Assembly: GCA_965153355.1 (NCBI GenBank)
Contig: OZ231126.1
Coordinates: 25,172,001 to 25,236,000 of the forward strand
DNA from: Flaccisagitta enflata
Lineage: Eukaryota
Length of the DNA: 64,000 nucleotides
Direction: 5' to 3'
In this document: positions 57,591 to 64,000 of the stretch, piece after piece
Layout: every line of letters starts with the position of its first letter
Numbering within the stretch: position 1 is the first letter of the stretch
Translations under genes and position numbers: made by a program
Notes under the pieces: model-generated
Database searches by the model: none
Told to the model about the DNA's origin: nothing
What the model saw: only the letters and a program-made list of their open reading frames with translations

Positions 57591-58286
57591 CATAGTGATT
57601 GAAATTTTATTTACCTCTAGTGTTACTCTCCTTCATCGTTAGTATCTGATGTTCCCCAACACAAAAACATTTGTTTAACTTGCCGCAATTTTAGGACACT
57701 TTTAGGATAGATGATGCTTGACAAGTAGAAAGGTTCATTACCAAGAAACTTTGTCTAAAGAAAAAAAAAAAACAATTTTGAAAATCCAAATTCTCAATAA
57801 AAATTCTAAAGATAGTCAAAACTTTCTTGAGAAACGATGGTTTCTCTTAACTAAAAATTTGCAAATGTGATTCAAAACTATTATTTTGTTACCTTCAAGC
57901 TATTTCTGGCCTATAACTTTGTTAACTTCAGGCTATTTCCGGGCTTTTTTGGTCATTTGTGGCCTTTTCCTGTCATTTCTGGCCATTTCTGGTTTCCAAA
58001 ATCAGCACCATAAAATATTTTATCATTACTCTTAATCTATTTCTCTCACCCAATAAAAGTTCTCAAAAATCGAATCATTGGTGGATGGCTAAAATTCAAG
58101 GGTTTACATATGAAAACACAATTTTGTTGTACTTTGTCAAGATACAAGGCTGGATACAAAACCCAAGTCGTGGGTGGGCAGTGGGGGGCCGGTATCAACC
58201 TACTTTGGAAATGTCAATCGGACATATCATTAGACCATGCGCAATCACAAATCAACCAAATAATTAGAAGGAAAAGTTCATGAGAC

Positions 58287-58402
58287 TATCATTTACAGTC
58301 GTGCCAACCCTACCTTTCTCATAGTAAAGCGTAGGAGCTTCCTTTTCCTTCTCCCTATTTGTGTCAATGTAAATAAGGGGTGTGGCACGACTGTAAATGA
58401 TA
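58287..58402. mobile_element. Miniature inverted-repeat element
   Basis: Perfect 20-bp inverted repeat TATCATTTACAGTCGTGCCA / TGGCACGACTGTAAATGATA. Confidence 0.7.
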
Positions 58403-58537
58403 TGGAGTGACCTCTTTTTCCTTTCACATGTGTTTATATAATGTTTATATTGAGCACACTTTGGCCGACTGGCATTTCCAAAATGGCAATGTGGCAAACT
58501 TTGTTGATACCAACCACCCCAGTGGGCAGAGGTAGTT

Positions 58538-59427
58538 AAACAAGGCTGGATACACGGCCACCAGTTGCGGACGGGTGGGCAGGGGCTGAAATGCGCGTTT
58601 TCCCACTTTTCAACTCGAACGTGACGGACGGACCAACGGACCGACAAAGCCTCTTATAGAGTTGCGTGTCCGCAACTAAGAAGGTTGTTAGTGGGCAGGG
58701 GCAGTTAAAAAAAGCAAATCATCTATTGGAGCAGGAACAGTAGTAAAAACCACTAGTAAACGCCAAAAAAGGATTGTGTCAAGGACGGACCATCCATAAG
58801 ATAGACCTAGCAGGTTATAGAGTTGCATGCATAAAAGTAAACCAAGCCAAGACCTTCAAACGCATGGCATGGTGGTACACATCCACACCCCACAACCCCC
58901 ATACATCTTGTCGCGTGCTACGCGACTCTACACCTCGCTTTGTCAATCCGTCTTTGTGTCCATTGGTCCATTGGTCCATCACAATACTTTTTTGGGGTTT
59001 TCGCGGTTTTGGCCTCACTGCTCCTGCCCAAATGATCTGGTGACCTCAATTACAGCTCCTGCCCACCCGCACGCGACTGGGGTAGCCATGTCTCTGGCCT
59101 CGTTTTAGTTGCAGACACACAACTCTATAAGAAGCTTTGTCCATCCCTCTGTTGGTCCATCTGTTGGTCTGTCCATTGGTCAGTCTGTCAGTCCGTTGGT
59201 CCATCTGTAACACAAAAGTCAACAAGTAGAAAAACAAGCGTTTTACATGTTTTTTTTTTTGTAATGTGTGTTTGTAGAGGGGTATGGGGTGTAGATGCCC
59301 CTACCCACCCGTCAGCAACAATCTTGTGACCGCGCGTCACTTGAAAACTTGTGCTCATGGTCTCACAAGACTGACAAACCACAGATTGACCAAGCCTTTT
59401 ATAGAGTAGCGAGTCCGCAACTAAAAT
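58538..59427. mobile_element. Cluster of at least 4 DINE-1-like elements in both orientations
   Basis: 58538-58679 (-), ~58908-59104 (+), ~59103-59343 (+), ~59380-59427 (-), each with the shared terminal motifs. Confidence 0.7.
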
Positions 59428-60184
59428 GTGGCCATAATTGGGATTGAGCATTGCATTTCCCAAAATTTTATGGTTTTGTATCTATTCCAGCTGAAAAACC
59501 TCAAAGAAAAACGGCCAAAATGCCAGTTTTGAAGCAAAAATGCTTGCGTGGGGGCTAAAATGCTCATTCAGGGCCACTTCTAAACTGAGATATTGGTCAA
59601 GGGATCGTAATAAGTGCACCATTGAACTCTAGAGCATCACAGTTATTGGATTGAATCAGTTTAAAGTCATTAATGGGGCCAACATAAGCTTAAAACGCAA
59701 TAAAATAGCAGAAGCGCTCATTTTTTGGCCAAAATGCTCATTCAGGGCCATTTTGGGACTAAGATATCAGTCAAGTGACCTTTATACTTCACCATTGAAC
59801 TCCAGACCATCAAAGTAGTTGGATTGAATAAGTTAACAGATATATGTTGAACCAGTATAGGCTTATAATGCAATAAAATTGCCAAAATGCCCATTTTAGG
59901 GGCAATATGCTCGTTCAGGGCCGAGTAGGGGCCGAAATATTACAGCTAGACCATTTTGGACCTCACTATCGGATTCCCCGCCCTCATATTGGTCTAGATG
60001 CCCCCCAACCTGTGATTAGCTCAAAATAGGCATTTTCTGAAGGATATTATTCCATATATTTTCTCCTTTCCTTCCAACTTTTTTTTTGTTCCCGCTTCAT
60101 GATGACACAAATTCAGTTTTTGCTCCCTTTTTCCCGCCCTCTGAATTCTGTGTGTGTGTGTATGTGTGTGTTTTTGTTTGTTTT

Positions 60185-60276
<92 letters not shown>

Positions 60277-60481
60277 GCTCTTTCTCTCGGCCTCCCACTC
60301 TGTCCCACGTTCAAGATAAAAGAGATAGGACTCTGAGGCACAGCTTTATGCACCACTAGGTAACCATAAAAGGTTTCAGGTTCTAGTTCACTACTTTTAT
60401 TTTAGGAATTCAGGCTTTTTTTTTCTTCTTGCTGAAGGAAACGGCAATGAATGCAACGAAATGGCTCAACTCATTTTCTCT

Positions 60482-60547
<66 letters not shown>

Positions 60548-60936
60548 GTTGCATGGCTTTTTTTTTAAACGCTCCCTTTTGATTTTTTTCAACAACCACG
60601 CTTCATATCCTTATGAGCTTGATTCTTCTGCTTGCTGTGTACTTTGTTGAAATGTGTGATTTGTTGTTTTGAAAATTTGTTACAATACACGAGTATATCT
60701 AATTACTGACTGGCTTCTTATGCAAACTTCTCAATCCTAAGCTTTCTTTCTGTCGTTCAGTTACAACCATGCCGTTTCACTCGTTTTTGTCTTTCTTCAA
60801 TATTCCTTTCTTCTTTCTTTTTCATCTTCCATTCTTTTATCCTTCTTTGCTTTCTTTCTTACATTTTTTTTCTATTTCTCTCTTAATATTTATCTTATTC
60901 TTTTTATTTTCTTTTCCTTTTTTCTTTTTTTTTTTA

Positions 60937-61042
<106 letters not shown>

Positions 61043-62039
61043 CTTGCAAATTCTCACTCGGCGGTCTTCCCTCGGGAACTGTAATTGATTTGAATTTCAT
61101 TTCCTTTTGGTTGGTATTAGGAAAGCCAGGGGATAACTGGCGTGATCCTTAATTCATCATTAGATGTAATTTCTTCAAATCCTTGCCACTAAATTGTTAT
61201 GTTGGATTTCATTGCCAAGAAATTTCTTATGCGCTGATGATTGGGAAGCACTAAACCCTTGTCACTTCAATTCCTTTAGTTAAGAAACATTTCCAACCAC
61301 CCATCACCAACCTCACTACCCACTTAAATACCGCGATGAGACTTTATCCCTTCCATCAAAGAAACCTGTGTTGTAATTTGATAGTGATTTTTTTTCCCTT
61401 GCCAATCAATAGCCCCTACAGTTCTAGGTCGTTTGATTAGAAACTTTTTTTTGTTTTTGTTTTTTTCTCTCTTCTGTAAGTCTCCTAAAAAGCCTCCAGG
61501 TCAGCGGCATCAAAACGTTTTTTCCCTGAAAGATGATTCATTATTCAATGTCACTCACTTTTTGTTGTCCCGCAATTTTTTGCCTTCTTTTCAAGAAGTA
61601 GTAGAGGTCCTTCCTCCTTTCTCTTCCTTCCTTCTTTGCAAGAAAAAAAGGAGAAAAACGTCGCGTGGAAATGGAAAAGAAAGGCTGAGAAATGAAGTAA
61701 AGTGGTGAGGGAGTTTGGAGAGAGGGACAGAGAAAGTGTTAAACAGATTGAGGGTTAGTGGGTGGATGGTGAAGGTGAGGGAAATGGGGGTAAAAGATTT
61801 AAGGTAAGAATACAAGGCGAAGAAAGAAAGTTTTTGGGTAGGCAAAATGGTGAATTGGTGTGAGGGGAGTTGGAAGAGAAGGGCCCAGAGGGTTGGGTAG
61901 ATGGTGCCTTGAAGTGAGGTTTTAAGGCAGAGGACAGAAGTAGTGGGGAAGGTGGTGGAAAAGAAGCTGGAGAAAAAGAGAGGCGTTGGAGGCTGGTAAC
62001 TGGAAAGAGGTAGTAAAGAAACCAGCAATCCAAGAATTG

Positions 62040-62362
62040 AACATGGTCAGCGGTATCCGTTCAATTACCGCTGCTCAATCACTGTGGCAAAGAAGTGGGA
62101 TGAGAGCAGGGCAGTATCCCTATAAAGCCATTGCCTTGTACAACACTGGGGTAAATTTTACTATGTCTTTCAATCTTGTGAGGCTTAAAAAAGCCTCACA
62201 AGATTTTTGAGGTTGGTCTCATTAAGTTGTATTAAAGTTCAAATTTGGCCTCCCAAATACGTTTCAAGCCTCCTTTTTGTCTGTTTAGAAAAAAAACCTA
62301 GCTCCTAGAAATTTACCCCCGTGTTCTATAGGACATCGCTCCTTTGGGACCGCTGCCCTAAT
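62040..62362 (-). mobile_element. Family B element (diverged)
   Basis: TGGTCAGCGGTA...GAGCAGGGCAG... and CCCCGTGTTCTATAGGACATCGCTCCTTTGGGACCGCTGCCC. Confidence 0.55.
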
Positions 62363-63127
62363 GGGTCTGAAGCATGGGACCAACAAAAAAATTCTGCGAC
62401 ATTTCTCTTTTTCCAGTTGCAAATAATACCGCCTTGCCTCTATCTCACGCACGAGCACAGAGCTGTGCCATGAGATATCCACCTTAGGTAACCTTTCTCA
62501 CTCTCACTGTCTAAGACTTTGCCAATTATGCAAACAGATATGTAAATATCATGCAAACTTTCCCCCGGCTTTGGATTCGCATGAGAGCTTTTTTTGGTAA
62601 TATGTGTGGGAGCAAAGATAAACAGATTGAGGTAGAAACTATGGAGAAAGCTGTAAGAAATGAGAGGAACAGTAAGAAGTTGAATATGGAGACATTTTTA
62701 CTTTTATGTAACATTTACAGATCAACTTCCTCCCTAAGACTAAGGCTCTTTCTACTATCTATTTTACTCTATCTTGTTTTGAAATGAATAAAAAAAAGAG
62801 TTTTCACTCAACTCAATAACAAAGACTGCCATCTGAAAATGATTTAACATGACGGGAATGATAAATTGCCTGCAATTTCATTGTCTACTCTGCCTGACAA
62901 ACAACCTTAGTCAATCTTGGCTCAATGACAGAGAAAGACAATCTCGACAATTCCATATCCACCTTCATTCCAAAAGGCAACTCTCATTTGTGTATATCAA
63001 CGCAAAGTCTAAAAGACGAAAATAAGTTCGATTTCGACAGGAAATAACTGATGGAACGCCTCTGGCAACATTTCTCACCTCGCCCACCATTCGTCTTTAT
63101 ATCATGACAGGCCTCAGTGCCTGACGC

Positions 63128-63190
63128 CGCGGTAAGCCACGTCACACCGGGCCGGTAAGCCACGTCACATCGGGCCGGTAAGCTCACGAC
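63128..63190. repeat. 23-bp tandem repeat x~3 (GCCGGTAAGCCACGTCACACCGG)
   Basis: Directly visible. Confidence 0.8.
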
Positions 63191-64000
63191 GTGACTCCGA
63201 CGCGGGCAACCGATGTCACTTGACGCACGCGCGCCTTAAGCTTAGACTCTCACATCACGCGGCCTGGAGAAATTGGAATCCAGAAACTCTGGTTTTAGAA
63301 CCTTTTTGCTGGTTTCAGTCTTGTCGTTGTACCCGTGTCTCTTTTCATGCTTCCCATGTACCCAATTAGTTTGGAAGCTATCAGTGTATCGATCAGATTT
63401 GATAGAGGGTCTATCGATCGTTGCATTCCAGTGAAGATTTCTTGGGGCTTTTTTTCCTGCGACTATCATTCTTATTGCCACCTAGCTTTTGTAAATGCGA
63501 AGCTGAAATTGGCTGAAATCTATACCGCCTGTCTCGGCAAGTTGCAAATTTGTTTGGTTATTTTAACAGTGCATCATCTTGATTGCTTTCCTTCAACGAG
63601 ATATATATAACTTTTTCTAATTATCTCGGATTTAGTTATACATTATGACCAAGCTGTAAAAAGGTGTTTACCGTAGTTTTAGATTGGTTGAGGTGAGGGA
63701 CCATCTACAGTATGTCTGGGCAGCAATTACATCACACGCCCCTTGATTCATCTTCTCTTCTTTCTCACTCCTCCCACACAGTGAGAAGTCTGGATGTAAA
63801 GCTTTTCCCTCCCTGGAGAGAAAACGACTTATAAATTGTACGACGACCACCAATCCACCAAATTTCTGTCAGCCAATTCAAACCTCCCCCCTCCAGCCTC
63901 ATATTGGTCGATAATTGACCATCGCGAGCGAATTGGGCGGATGCAAGGGTCATCCAAGGGTCATCCTCTATCAACGCATGACGTCAGGAGAGAGAGAGAG

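Larger units (their letters stand above)
56096..60014. mobile_element. Large element with ~480-bp inverted arms built of ~175-bp subrepeats, containing many nested insertions
   Basis: 56096-~56585 is the inverted match of ~59525-60014. GGCCCTGAA.GAGCAT motif at ~56188, 56362, 56536, 56722 and inverted at ~59560, 59733, 59907. Right terminus ...CCCAACCTGTG. No TSD recognised. Confidence 0.7.

Noticed and set aside
57937..57950. TTCCGGGCTTTT resembling part of the miR-993 5' arm
   Set aside because: No TACCCTGTAG upstream and no GAAGCTCG 3p arm nearby.

Overview
Repeat-rich animal (most likely arthropod) genomic DNA from a Hox cluster. The only credible protein-coding sequence is the first coding exon of a Hox4/Deformed-class gene (+ strand, ATG 47321, N-terminal MSAFLM..DTKFPP motif, IYPWMKKVHV hexapeptide, GT donor at 48405). 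I could not find the homeobox exon in the window, so the intron is probably longer than 15.5 kb. The rest is about 47 kb of upstream sequence plus intron. It is filled with roughly 35 (CT/GA)n tracts and other microsatellites, several minisatellites, many DINE-1/Helentron-like non-autonomous elements, and TIR-bearing MITEs with TA, TTAA, 4-bp or 8-bp target-site duplications, several of them nested. Nearly all other ORFs in the track are translations of simple repeats. The most interesting candidates are regulatory and all are motif-level inferences: a paired Exd/Hox4-type TGATTAATGA site in the intron, candidate promoters with a strong 5'-UTR splice acceptor, and a 1.1-kb minisatellite built on the GTCACGTGAC E-box. 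I see no evidence for a novel multi-gene system.
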